A stretch of 64,000 nt of DNA from Propioniciclava sp. (GTDB lineage: Bacteria; Actinomycetota; Actinomycetes; Propionibacteriales; Propionibacteriaceae). Position 1 is the stretch's first letter. Each line of letters opens with the position of its first letter. This document shows positions 21,160-30,540 of this stretch, in pieces. Both the position numbers and the translations under genes were made by a program. The notes beneath the pieces are model-generated. The model saw only the letters and a program-made list of their open reading frames with translations. It was not told the DNA's origin and searched no databases. The stretch is from assembly GCA_036803965.1 (NCBI GenBank), contig DAIRTI010000001.1, forward strand, positions 704 to 64,703, in the 5' to 3' direction.

Positions 21160-21233
21160 GGGGGGTTAGCTCAGCCGGTCAGAGCAGGGGACTCATAATC
21201 CCTGGGTCGCGGGTTCGAGCCCCGCACCCCCCA
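21160..21233 (+). tRNA. tRNA with CAT anticodon, most likely tRNA-Ile2 (elongator Met not excluded)
   Basis: GGGGGGTTAGCTCAGCCGGTCAGAGCAGGGGACTCATAATCCCTGGGTCGCGGGTTCGAGCCCCGCACCCCCCA; fully paired acceptor stem so not fMet. Confidence 0.93.
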
Positions 21234-21761
21234 CGTTTCCATTCACCAGTGCCACCGAGAGCGCTCACCGCCGGCGTCGGACCGGGTTTGCTATCGAGCG
21301 CCGTGCGGCTGACCAACGTGCCGCGCGGTGACTCCGAGGAACGCGTCCGGATCTGGCCCAGTAGCGGACGTCGAGGTCGATGGCGCAACCTCGCGGACAT
21401 GTCGATGACCGCGTGTTCGCACGGCATGTACTGCGTGATGGTTGGCGCGTCCGGTTTGGTGGCGAGGCGTCCGGTGAGGGGCTGATCCGGATGGAGAGGG
21501 GGCGTGTGCTGCCACGAGTGCTGATACACCTCAGCATCTCGCCTTGTCAGACGAAGAAGCCAGGTGGTCGAACGTGGACCTATGGCGGAGTCCGCCCGCA
21601 CCGGCCGGGGAAGTCGCAGGAGCCGCGGGCGCTGGGGCGCAGCCATCAGGCTTGACAGCCTCTGATTGGGCCCAGGGCCGGACGGCACGCTCGCTGTTCC
21701 AGCAACGCGTCCGTCTGCCGCCAATCGTCATGCGCCAGCGGGGCGGGAGCGGGCCAGGGGC

Positions 21762-22040
21762 TCAGGCGACTTTCTTGCCGTAGCGCTGGCGGGCGGCCTC
21801 GCCGCTGGTGCCGACGAAGGAGCCGATTGCAGACCAGGGCATCCCGGCCTCGCGAGCTCGGCGGACGGCGTCGAGCAAGTGGCGTTCGGCTTCGGAGCGT
21901 TCGGCCACGGCGGCGCGGAGGAGCGTGACGGCACCGGGGTCGAGTTCGTCGGCAGGATTCGGTTCGTAGGACTCGAAGCGCGCCGCGAGTTCGTCGGCGT
22001 GCTGCAGGATTTCTTCGACAGTGCGCGGCATGGAGATCAC
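21762..22040 (-). CDS. Putative antitoxin, small HTH protein
   Basis: C-terminal 'ARE AGMPWSAIGSFVGTSGEAARQRY' HTH; GTGA overlap with upstream gene (alternative ATG at 22031). Confidence 0.75.
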   Translation of the reverse strand: MISMPRTVEEILQHADELAARFESYEPNPADELDPGAVTLLRAAVAERSEAERHLLDAVRRAREAGMPWSAIGSFVGTSGEAARQRYGKKVA

Positions 22041-22267
22041 CTCAGGAACTTCTCGCGGGCCTTCATTGCGTGGACGATGACGTGGATGTGGTCGCCATCG
22101 ACATAGCCGACCTCCAGGAAGATCGCAGACTGGTTCGGTCCCACGATCATCGTGAATCCTTCCCCGAGGTCCCAGATCCGAACCGGATTGCGGTAGGCGT
22201 GGAGGATCTCGGGTTCGTCAAGTCCATGCTTGAGCGCGGACGGGGCGATGATGGGCTCCTCGCTCAC
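22037..22267 (-). CDS. Putative toxin, BrnT/RelE-like small protein
   Basis: 76 aa 'SALKHGLDEPEILHAYRNP...IVGP...LEVGY...IVHAMKAR', BrnT-like pattern. Confidence 0.7.
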   Translation of the reverse strand: MSEEPIIAPSALKHGLDEPEILHAYRNPVRIWDLGEGFTMIVGPNQSAIFLEVGYVDGDHIHVIVHAMKAREKFLR

Positions 22268-22273
22268 GATTCC

Positions 22274-22302
22274 AAGGTAACTTGTCGCCGTTCGAGTGTC
22301 AA
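22274..22302 (-). promoter_or_regulatory. Sigma-A promoter, leaderless
   Basis: TTGACA-17 nt-TACCTT, GTG start 6 nt downstream. Confidence 0.75.
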
Positions 22303-22477
22303 CGGGATCGAGTCGAACGCGCGGATCTGCCGCAGCGCGGACGGTAGCCTGCCGGCTCGGCGTCCGCGCATTCAACCGCCGGGGCATCGACGATAGCCTC
22401 CCGGCCGCAGCCCGCGCGCGGATCCATCGGGTGGTCCTCGCACCCCGGGCGTCTCGCCGTGGATCAGGGCTGAGCGC

Positions 22478-23342
22478 TCAGTCGGATGGGGTGTGTGGTT
22501 TGGCGCCGAAGACGGGGTCGAGCACGCCGGCAACAAGGACTGTCTGGTCGTCGAGTCGCTCTTGGCAGATCGCTTCGAATCCTTCCTTGCGTCGCCAGGC
22601 GGCCCATTTCGGTTGGGCGACCGCGCCGTAGCCGGCGAGGTGGGGGGAGACGGCTTCAAGGGTGACGTGCCGGTGGGCCGCGACTGCCTCGGCGGCGGCG
22701 CGGAGCTGGGTCGGGTCGAGGGAGTGGTTGCGGCTGAGTTGGACGATGTCGACGTAGTCGCGCCACCTTGTGCTGGTGATGCCGCGTTCGAGGATGGTGA
22801 CGCCCTTCTCGGCGACGGCGGTCTCTGGGGCGTAGCCGAGGATCTGAATGTCCTCGCCGAGGGCGCGGGGCACTCGAACGAGCCGTGGGGCGGGCACGAT
22901 GGGGTCGCCGGTGGAGACGTCCCAGACGATGGTCCCGTGGGCGGTGTGCAGAGCGGCCTGCATGCGCAGACGCAGTCCGGGGTAGTCGGCGTCGTCACGG
23001 ATCTGCTGCACGTTGATGGTGGCGGTGTTGAACTTGGACGCCGTCGTCGCTGTTGATGGCGGTGATCGCGCGGGCGACCTGGGCCAGGTGCGCTGGAGAA
23101 ACGGTGGCGCTGATTGCTTGGGAGTCGACGTCCTTGGTGGGGCGTCGCGCTCCGTAGACAGCCAGGAGAACGCCGCCTTTGAGGACGAAGTCGTCGGCGT
23201 GCGGGCTCTGGGTGAGTCGGTACAGGAAGGATTCCAAGAAGTGGCGGGTGAGGTACTCGGCGAAGGGTGCTGGCCGTCCATCGGGTCTCACGTCGTTGCG
23301 GGCGAGGCGGGCGAGGGCCCGATAGGCCTGTTCGCCGGTCAT
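22478..23342 (-). CDS. abiEii: AbiEii-type nucleotidyltransferase toxin (type IV TA), frameshifted at ~23034
   Basis: 'FVLKGG', 'RPTKDVD', 'DVSTGDP', 'AEKG', 'STRWRDYVDI'; one extra base at GTC-CAA-G-TTC. Confidence 0.85.
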
Positions 23343-23899
23343 GCGATCACCTGCAGGGCCTGCAGCAGGGGTTGCCTGGTTCGCGGGAGCCGGGCGGCCA
23401 GTTCGATCAGCTGGGCGGGCTTTCCGCCGCGACGCAGCCACTCCTTGAGGGCGTTCACGCCGACCTCGTAGCCGATGCTTCCGCGAAGCCGGAAGGCGTC
23501 GGCGATGCTTCGTTCCGCGGTGTAGAGCCCGATCTGTTGGTCGGTGCCGGGGATGGCGATCTCGATGCGGCCGAGGCTGAACGTGCCGCGGTCGAAGTGG
23601 TGCCACGTGATGGCGCCGCTGGTAGCGGGGGTTCGGTGGCCGCGGGGGATCGCGATGTCCACGGTGGTGGGGATGGCGTCGATCAGGTCGTGGTAGGCCA
23701 ACGCGGAGGTGAGGCAGATGGTCGCCTCGCAACGGCGGGCGGTGGCTTCGATCCAGTCGAGGTCGGCTGCGGGGGCGTCGGCGGGGCGGTACAGGCCGCG
23801 GGCGATGCGTTCGAAACGTCCTGCCTGGGCGGCGCGGTGCAGCCCAGCGGGGGACAGGCCGGCGGCGGCTGCGTCCTTGGGTCTAATGGTCAGCACCAT
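23339..23899 (-). CDS. abiEi: AbiEi-type antitoxin (type IV TA)
   Basis: 'FERIARGLY', 'ICLTSALAYHDL', 'YTAERSIADAFR'; ATGA-coupled to the toxin. Confidence 0.88.
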   Translation of the reverse strand: MVLTIRPKDAAAAGLSPAGLHRAAQAGRFERIARGLYRPADAPAADLDWIEATARRCEATICLTSALAYHDLIDAIPTTVDIAIPRGHRTPATSGAITWHHFDRGTFSLGRIEIAIPGTDQQIGLYTAERSIADAFRLRGSIGYEVGVNALKEWLRRGGKPAQLIELAARLPRTRQPLLQALQVIA

Positions 23900-23916
23900 G
23901 GTCTCCTGATCGAAAG

Positions 23917-23944
23917 TGCATACAGATAGTACTAGCTGTGCGCA
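23917..23944. promoter_or_regulatory. Probable AbiEi operator
   Basis: Imperfect 28-bp palindrome TGCATACAGATAGTACTAGCTGTGCGCA just upstream of abiEi. Confidence 0.55.
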
Positions 23945-24111
23945 GATCGTATCTAGCACGTTCCCACACCCAACCCCAGGCAGGGATCCCCCGGGAGACC
24001 TGGGTCTGGTAGCCCAGAGGCGCACTGAACCGCCGCGTTCTGGGCACACAGACTGCTGAACCGCGGCCATGGCCGGCAGCGCGTGGCGGCCAAGCGGCCC
24101 AGAATGGTCCC

Positions 24112-24381
24112 ATGTCGCGGCCATACGAAACGGGACGCGGGGCACGCGCCGACCCGAGCGTGGTCCAGACTCGCGCTGACCTCGCTGCGTTGGTCGGGCT
24201 GATGCTCTCGGACTACCGCGCCTCCGGTGCACGCGAGTGGGAGAAACCCCACCCTCGATCGGTTCTTGGATGCGCTGCAAGCTGTTGTCGACGATGACGT
24301 ACGCCCGACTGGGGTGGACCCGGAAGACTCAAGCTGGCGAATGTCGCTCAGCTGTTGGTCTCCGCCTCGGCGTACGAGTAG
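24112..24381 (+). pseudogene. Small immunity-like protein with two compensating frameshifts
   Basis: Reconstructs to ...VQTRADLAALVGLMLSDYRASGAREWENPTLDRFLDAL...DSSWRxVAQLLVSASAYE*; indels near 24245 and 24340. Confidence 0.55.
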
Positions 24382-24814
24382 TCGCCGCTGGCCGTCAACT
24401 GGCGGCCGAATGTCCGACTGTGCCGCTGCGCGGACAGTGACTGCCCGGCTCGGCGCCCGCGCACTCAACCGCAAGTCGCGGATCCAGCACGCACAGGGCA
24501 AGCCTGCACCGCCTTCGACCCACGGCGTCCGCGAGGGGCAGACCGGGTGGGTGACCAGTCCTCGGCACGCAGACGATCTGCAACACCGAGAATCACGGAG
24601 CATGGCTCCCTCAAGTTGGCGCGCGCCAGCCACGCGGCACGAGCCGAGTCGCGGGCGCCTGTTTCGACCTTGCCCGCGCGTTCAGCTATGTGGATTCAGC
24701 GGGAATGTGCAACGACCCACTGGACAGGTTCTAGCAGGTCACTGAAACCCAGCGAACGGCCTCTTGGGTGGTGGGGAGCGGAAGTGGATCCTCGAACGTG
24801 TACACCTCGAGTGA

Positions 24815-25042
24815 GGAAAGGTAACCGCTCTGCAGGGACTAGTCGACTTGGTCGCCGATACCGTGGCCGATCTTGCCGCAGAGGGCGAGGCCATCCCGGA
24901 ACCACTGTCAGCACGTAGCTACTCGGGCAAGTTCAACCTTCGGGTCGGAGAGAGCCTGCACCGAAGGCTCGCGATCCAGGCCGCCGAAGAGCACCTCAGC
25001 CTCAACCAGTACGTCGTTCGACGTCTGTCCGAAGGCGGCTAG
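24815..25042 (+). pseudogene. hicB: HicB-family antitoxin, 5'-truncated remnant
   Basis: 'ALQGLVDLVADTVADLAAEGEAIPEPLSARSYSGKFNLRVGESLHRRLAIQAAEEHLSLNQYVV'; in-frame stop upstream, no hicA. Confidence 0.75.
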
Positions 25043-25453
25043 GACATCCAGCGCGTCGAGCACATCAGCGCGGCGATCTGGCCACTCCACGTCCATGGAC
25101 ACCTCCGGCTCACATCCGAATCTCGGTCAGCACTCTGCCACCGACGCCGGAATGACCGGTTACTCGGCTGGATTGCACGACGCGCACGCCCTGACATGCC
25201 GCGCCCCGGTCGATAGCCAGCAGACTCGGTGTCCCCAAGACTCAGCCGCAGACGGGGGTGTGGCCGTGGGTACGGATCGGTGCCGCGCCCGCTTGGCCGC
25301 CTCCTCAGAGCACGTGCACTTCCACGATCTCGGCCGTGCTATGGGTTGGGCTGGCCAGCTTCGCTACCCATGCAGAGCCGCTGTCAACAATGCCGGAATG
25401 GCCGTCCGAGTGCCATGCGGCGGCGCGCAGCGGCAAGGATGGGGCGCACGGAG

Positions 25454-25835
25454 TCATGAGGACTGGATCACGTGACGAAGGTCATCGCCGGTCATGACGA
25501 GGACTGTGTCTGCATCGAGACCTTGGGGCAAGTGCGCGCGTTGATTCTCGTAGGTGATGCATGCGGGGGCATCCGGTTGGCAGAATCACCCAGTTTGCCG
25601 CTTGGGCCCCACGGACAAGCACGTCCCAGAGACGCTCGCCCGAGATGTGGTTCGCCAGCATGCTGTCCCTGTCGAGATAAACATCGGCGCTATCGGTGCC
25701 TGTTCGGATGAGTACGAATTTGGTGCCCGATTCCTCATGCCCGACATAGGGCTGCAGCACCTTGCGCATTCGATCGCCTCCGCCAAGAGCGCGAGCACCA
25801 TGAACGAAGGCTTGGAAGAAAACGTCGAAGGACAC
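25454..25835 (-). pseudogene. Hypothetical (immunity-like 'MSFD' start) protein, frameshifted at ~25568
   Basis: MSFDVFFQAF...WVILPTGCP continues as ACITYENQRAHLPQGLDADTVLVMTGDDLRHVIQSS* after removing one C from a C5 run. Confidence 0.55.
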
Positions 25836-26214
25836 GCGATCACTGTCTCACGATGTGCTGGAGAACGCCCAGTTGGGTGCGACCAAACTTAACACGAGTC
25901 AATCGGTGTGGGAGCCGCCAGGCGCGGGCTGACCCAAGTGGAGGTACTCGCTGCGTACTGACGCCCGGCGTAGGCGTCGGCGTGATCGCTCCAGAGGCCG
26001 GCGATCTGTTCGGCCGCTTCTGCCAGTCCATCAAGGGATGTCCAGGCGGACTCCCCGGCGAGAAGTGCTCGGTTGGCCTCTGCCTGGTAGGCGTTGGCTC
26101 TCGTTGGCGGAGGCAAGCCGTTCGAACTCGGAAACCACGAGTTCAGGCTAGAGACTTGCCGACCGCGGCGCTGAGCCGATCCGCGTGATGGCGGCGCAGC
26201 GGGGACCGATGCGA

Positions 26215-26243
26215 TTGTATCGCATATCGATACGCGATACACT
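26215..26243 (+). promoter_or_regulatory. higBA promoter overlapped by a 26-bp operator palindrome
   Basis: TTGTAT-17 nt-TACACT; TGTATCGCATATCGATACGCGATACA (26216-26241) near-perfect palindrome; GTG start 5 nt after -10. Confidence 0.75.
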
Positions 26244-26248
26244 GTGCC

Positions 26249-26527
26249 GTGATCGTCAGCTTCCGGCACAAGGGTCTGGAGTGGTTGTATCGCGACGGTT
26301 CGAAGGAGGGTGTCCAAGCAGCGCACGTTCCCAAGTTGCTCCGCATCTTGTCGCTACTGGACGTGGCCCAAAGCCCTGACGACCTCGCGATCCCTTCGTT
26401 TCGGACCCACCCCCTCAAGGGTGACTCGGCCGGGCACTGGTCGATCTGGGTCAACGGCAACTGGCGCGTCACATTTTGCTTCCTCGAAAGCGACGTGGAA
26501 CTCGTCGACTATCAGGACTACCACTGA
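26249..26527 (+). CDS. higB: HigB toxin (RelE-like plasmid maintenance killer)
   Basis: 'MIVSFRHKGL', 'HPLKG', 'WSIWVNGNWRVTF', 'VDYQDYH'. Confidence 0.95.
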   Translation: MIVSFRHKGLEWLYRDGSKEGVQAAHVPKLLRILSLLDVAQSPDDLAIPSFRTHPLKGDSAGHWSIWVNGNWRVTFCFLESDVELVDYQDYH

Positions 26528-26566
26528 CTGACAAGGACTACCACTGACAAGGACTACCACTGACAA
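26515..26566 (+). repeat. Three tandem copies of GGACTACCACTGACAA (higB 3' end)
   Basis: Copy 1 26515-26534 (with extra TGAC), copy 2 26535-26550, copy 3 26551-26566. Confidence 0.9.
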
Positions 26567-26580
26567 AGAGAGTGAAGAGC

Positions 26581-26868
26581 ATGGTGATGAAGACCCCGGT
26601 GCACCCGGGTGAGATCCTGCGCGAGGACCTGCTGGCCGACCTCGGCCTGAGTGTTGGTGAGGCGGCGTCCCGGCTCGGGATCTCTCGCGTGACCTTGAGT
26701 CGGGTTCTGCACGGCCACGCCCGGATCAGTCCCAACCTGGCCGTTCGTCTGGAGGAGGCCGGCGTCAGCAGCGCCCGCGCCTGGCTGGCACTGCAGTCTG
26801 CTTATGACCTTGCAGCCGAGCGCGCCGCCGGCGTCCCTCCAGTCCGTCGACTCGATCAGCTCGCCTGA
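26581..26868 (+). CDS. higA: HigA antitoxin
   Basis: 'PVHPGEILRED', HTH 'LGISRVTLSRVLHG', 'WLALQSAYDL'. Confidence 0.95.
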   Translation: MVMKTPVHPGEILREDLLADLGLSVGEAASRLGISRVTLSRVLHGHARISPNLAVRLEEAGVSSARAWLALQSAYDLAAERAAGVPPVRRLDQLA

Positions 26869-26962
26869 AAGAGGCCCAGGATCTGCCCCGCGCAAAACAG
26901 CCAGCGGGCGGTGCGGCGAACCCCAGAGGGGCTTCTTGTACTGCTCGACGGCCTGGCAGGGC

Positions 26963-28408
26963 TCAGGACGGCAGCCTGGCCCCGTTCATGGCAGCCATCA
27001 GGGCCGGGCGACGTCGGTATGCCTCGCGCAGTCCGATGATCTCGGCGTCCGCCTCGCGGGGCAGTCCGGCTCTCTCGTACATGGAGCGTGCCTTGACGAG
27101 CAGGTCGACGACGCTCGGATACCGCTTCGACTCGGGCGTGACCAGCGCAGACTTCGCCTGTGCCATGCACATCCGACCCGCCTGCAGCGGGAAGTCGCTC
27201 TCGGACGCCCCCACCAGTTCGCGCCACGCCGGGCCGGCGCCATAGGCGTCCGCGGCCTGCCAGGCACTGGCGACGTCCTCGTCGGCGAGGTGAAGCCGGA
27301 TGAGGGGGGCGCCGCCGAGCTTGGCTGCCTGCCGCGTGGCCTGCGCGAACGCCCAGGTGCGTTGCTCGTCCAGCAGCCCGCACCGCTCCGCGACCTCGCG
27401 CAGCAGCCGATAGGCGCCAACGGTCAGGTCGCGATCGAAGAGCGTCCGAGCGATGGCGATCGCTGAGTCCGGACGCCCTCCATCCAGATAGTCCTGGGTT
27501 GCGTCTTCGGCAGGGACGACCGTGTGTTCACCACGCCAGGCGTCGTCTACGCAGTTGTCGGCCACCGCGCGATCCAGCCAGGCCAGCAGTTCCGCTCCGC
27601 GCCTCGCCGCACGCAGGCGCGTGACGACCTCGCCGTAGTAGAGCTTCTGGCCGGCGGTCAACAATGCGACAGCCTGATCGACGTCCGCGTCGTGGTCGGC
27701 CAGCTCCAGCAGCATGCAGTCGGCCTCGTCGCGATACGGATCTGCTCCCGGGCCTCCACCGCCCAGGGCCGCCACGTCCGCGCGGTAGGCGGCCCAAGCC
27801 GGCTCGTCGAAGGCGTGCGCGACGGCGTCCAAGTGAAGTGGCGGCCACCCGCCGCACGCGGCCCGGAAACGGACGACCCAGCGCGCCAAGCTCACCGGGT
27901 CCGGGTGGCCGGCGACCGCGCGGCCGAACAGGGCGCACGCCCGTTCGGCCACCACGCACAGGATGTCCGCATTGTCAGCGTCCTCGGCGACGGCAGCCAG
28001 CCGGACGAGCAGGTGCTGGGCCACCTGCCGGACGACCTCGTGGGCTCCGGTGTCCAGGTGCCGCTCCAACTCATCGACGACGTCCTCGACGTTCTGGACG
28101 CCCTCCTGGTCGTCCCAGTCGAAGTCGTCGTGGTAGTCGAAGTTCACCGAGGCCAATGCCGCGTCGACGGCCGCGACGAGGTGGCGTGCCGCCTGGCTGT
28201 CCGCGGGGGCTGCCCGCAGTTGGAGCGAGCGCATGGCCTCGGGGCTGTACGACGCCAGTTCCAGAGCCAGGTTGGTCAGGGCCTTCTTGCTCAATGAGGC
28301 GAGCCAGCGTTCGACCGCCGGGGTTACCTGGTGACGAACTCCGTCGGGGCCCACTACGTACTTCACCCGGCCAGTATCCCGGGCGCGGCGTGGATCCTCA
28401 CCTTCCAT
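26963..28408 (-). CDS. Helical hypothetical protein (DUF6880-like; no SWIM finger visible)
   Basis: 'WLASLSKKALTNLALELA', C-terminal 'YPSVVDLL...LREAYRRRPALMAAM'. Confidence 0.7.
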   Translation of the reverse strand: MEGEDPRRARDTGRVKYVVGPDGVRHQVTPAVERWLASLSKKALTNLALELASYSPEAMRSLQLRAAPADSQAARHLVAAVDAALASVNFDYHDDFDWDDQEGVQNVEDVVDELERHLDTGAHEVVRQVAQHLLVRLAAVAEDADNADILCVVAERACALFGRAVAGHPDPVSLARWVVRFRAACGGWPPLHLDAVAHAFDEPAWAAYRADVAALGGGGPGADPYRDEADCMLLELADHDADVDQAVALLTAGQKLYYGEVVTRLRAARRGAELLAWLDRAVADNCVDDAWRGEHTVVPAEDATQDYLDGGRPDSAIAIARTLFDRDLTVGAYRLLREVAERCGLLDEQRTWAFAQATRQAAKLGGAPLIRLHLADEDVASAWQAADAYGAGPAWRELVGASESDFPLQAGRMCMAQAKSALVTPESKRYPSVVDLLVKARSMYERAGLPREADAEIIGLREAYRRRPALMAAMNGARLPS

Positions 28409-28520
28409 GTCCGGGCCCTGTGCGGTGCTACGGTCGCCGCATGTGGGCCATCCGTGAGGTCGTCGAGGCCGTCAGCTGGTCTATTGAGCACCACGTCACC
28501 CGGCGGACGAGGGAAACGCC

Positions 28521-29756
28521 GTGACGGACGCCGACGCGCAGGCCACCCGCGAGTGCCTCCTTCGTGTGGGCGCCGCGCTGCTGGCCGGCACTGCTCCCGG
28601 TCCCGACGTGGAGCGCCAGGTGATCGCGATCGGTCAGCGCTTGGGCGTCCCCGATGTGCGTGCGGCGGCGACCGTCACCGGACTGTTCCTCAGCACCACT
28701 TCTGACCACGCGGTGGTCTTCGAGCCTGTCGGGGGAACGCTGCGGTTCGAGCAGATGAGCCTGGTCCAGGACGTCATCGACCGGCTGCTCGCCGGGCGGC
28801 TCACGCCGGCCGAAGCAGTGCCGGAACTCGCTGCGATCGAGGCGTTGCCGCCCTCCAGACCCGATTGGGTGAACGACCTGGCGATCGTCCCCATCGCCGT
28901 CGGCATCTGCGCGATCCTCCAGCCCACGTGGCGCGACCTGGGCGCCGCCGCCCTGGGCTCCCTGGCCGTGGTCGCCCTGGTCATCATCGGACGCCGATCG
29001 CCCCTGGTGGCCACCCTCCTGCCGCTGGCGGCGGCGTTCGCGGTGACCTCGATCGTCCTGCAGTTCGCCATGTGGTGGCCGCTCGAGGGCACGATGCGCA
29101 CGGTCGTGTCCACGATCGCGGTCCTGCTGCCCGGCGCGATGATCGTGACCGGCATGTCAGAGATCGCCAGTGGGGCGGCGGTGTCCGGCACGTCGCGGTT
29201 GGTGTCCGGGACGGTCCAACTGCTGCTGTTCGCCGTCGGGATGTTCGCCGCCGTTGCGGTGCGCGGGGACGCCCTCGGCGTCCTCACCAACGTCCGGGCC
29301 AATGACCTCGGACCCGGGGCGCCCTTCGGCGGCATCGCCGTGCTCGGCGCCGGCATGGTCATCAACGTGGCCGCGCATTGGCGGGACGTCCCGTGGATCC
29401 TCGGGGTGCTCTTCCTGACCTTCGTGGTGCAGTTCGCCGGGCAGTGGCTCTGGGGAGTGCAACTCGGGGTGTTCGCGGGCGCGATCGTGGCCGGGCTGTC
29501 GGCGTCCGTCGTGCACCGGCTCTCTGGGCGTCCGCTGCGCCTCGTGGTCTACCTGCCGGCGTTCTGGCTACTCGTGCCCGGGAGCCTGGGCCTGTTGAGC
29601 ACGGTTCAACTCGCGGCAGGGGAGGGCGACCTCTCGAGCGTCACCGCGACCACGGCCGCGATGGTGTCGATCGTCGTCGGCACCCTCGTGGGCTCCGCCG
29701 CCGGCCGCGCTTTGGAGCGCCACCTGGGTCCGCCCCGGCACTCTCTGACGCCCTGA
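28521..29756 (+). CDS. Threonine/serine exporter family (ThrE-like) membrane protein
   Basis: Multi-TM; 'VLLPGAMIVTGMSEIASG..VSGTSRL', 'LPAFWLLVPGS'. Confidence 0.88.
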   Translation: MTDADAQATRECLLRVGAALLAGTAPGPDVERQVIAIGQRLGVPDVRAAATVTGLFLSTTSDHAVVFEPVGGTLRFEQMSLVQDVIDRLLAGRLTPAEAVPELAAIEALPPSRPDWVNDLAIVPIAVGICAILQPTWRDLGAAALGSLAVVALVIIGRRSPLVATLLPLAAAFAVTSIVLQFAMWWPLEGTMRTVVSTIAVLLPGAMIVTGMSEIASGAAVSGTSRLVSGTVQLLLFAVGMFAAVAVRGDALGVLTNVRANDLGPGAPFGGIAVLGAGMVINVAAHWRDVPWILGVLFLTFVVQFAGQWLWGVQLGVFAGAIVAGLSASVVHRLSGRPLRLVVYLPAFWLLVPGSLGLLSTVQLAAGEGDLSSVTATTAAMVSIVVGTLVGSAAGRALERHLGPPRHSLTP

Positions 29757-29844
29757 CCAACGGTGACTGGCGGCGTCCATCTGAAGCCTTCTCGGTTACG
29801 ACCTGGCGAGGGACATCCGCTCGTAGACGCAGCGGTTGTGGCAA

Positions 29845-30147
29845 TTAGGCGATCTGGAAGGTGTCGTCACCCACCTGGACGACGAGTTGGAGGTGTCCGC
29901 CCAGGGCCTCGACGTAACGTCGCAGGGTGTCGACCTGGGTCTTGTCGATATCGCCACGCTCGATCCGGGACACTCGGTTCTGGCTTACTTCCAGTTCGGC
30001 AGCGAGTTCGACCTGCGTGAGGTCGAACTGTTCGCGCAGTTCCCGCAGTCGCCAGGCACGGGTCTCGGCGATCATCCGGTGCTTGTGGGCTTCGACCTTT
30101 TCGCGCCGGGCAGGCCGGCGCTGCTTGAGTTGATCGAGATTGGTCAT
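29845..30147 (-). CDS. XRE-family HTH antitoxin
   Basis: 'LRELRE..LTQVELAAELEVSQNRVSRIERG', 'TLRRYVEALGG'. Confidence 0.92.
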   Translation of the reverse strand: MTNLDQLKQRRPARREKVEAHKHRMIAETRAWRLRELREQFDLTQVELAAELEVSQNRVSRIERGDIDKTQVDTLRRYVEALGGHLQLVVQVGDDTFQIA

Positions 30148-30149
30148 GC

Positions 30150-30503
30150 TCAGCCCCTCCTTCCCAGGGTGTTCAGGTGTTCGTCGAACCGCTGGTCCGC
30201 TACGGGGATGTTGCGCTTGTACCAGCGGTTCCAGTCGTGGCTCTTGTCGCCGGCGATGAGCAGGATCGCCCGACGCCCGGGATCAAAGGCGAACAGGATC
30301 CGGATCTCCGAGCGGCCAGCTGATCCGGGCCGGAGTTCCTTCATGTTCTTGTGGCGCGAACCCTTGATTCTGTCGACCAACGGTCGGCCCAACATGGGTC
30401 CTTCGTCTTGGAGTACTTCGAGTGCCGCGATGATCAAGTCGTAATCGTCATCGTTGAGGCTGAGCAGCCACTCCTCGACGAGCCCGACCTCAACGTCCCA
30501 CAC
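30150..30503 (-). CDS. RelE/ParE-superfamily toxin (Gp49-like / HigB2 type)
   Basis: 'GPMLGRPLVD.IKGSRHKNMKELRP', 'RILFAFDP.RRAILLIAGDKS', 'WYKRNIPVAD'. Confidence 0.92.
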   Translation of the reverse strand: MWDVEVGLVEEWLLSLNDDDYDLIIAALEVLQDEGPMLGRPLVDRIKGSRHKNMKELRPGSAGRSEIRILFAFDPGRRAILLIAGDKSHDWNRWYKRNIPVADQRFDEHLNTLGRRG

Positions 30504-30510
30504 GGTCGTG

Positions 30511-30540
30511 ATCTTACAACTCTGGAGTAGTAAACCGCAA
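30511..30540 (-). promoter_or_regulatory. Leaderless promoter with operator palindrome for the RelE/HTH pair
   Basis: TTGCGG-18 nt-TAAGAT, GTG 7 nt downstream; imperfect palindrome TTACAACTCTGGAGTAGTAA (30514-30533). Confidence 0.65.

Noticed and set aside
21240..21740. Protein-coding gene directly after tRNA(CAT)
   Set aside because: Several short ORFs without recognisable motif, start signals or consistent codon bias; possibly debris
25889..26180. Gene remnant upstream of higB
   Set aside because: No convincing start or family motif
26515..26566. CRISPR-like or att-site reading of the higB-higA repeat
   Set aside because: Copies are directly adjacent with no spacers and simply duplicate the higB 3' end
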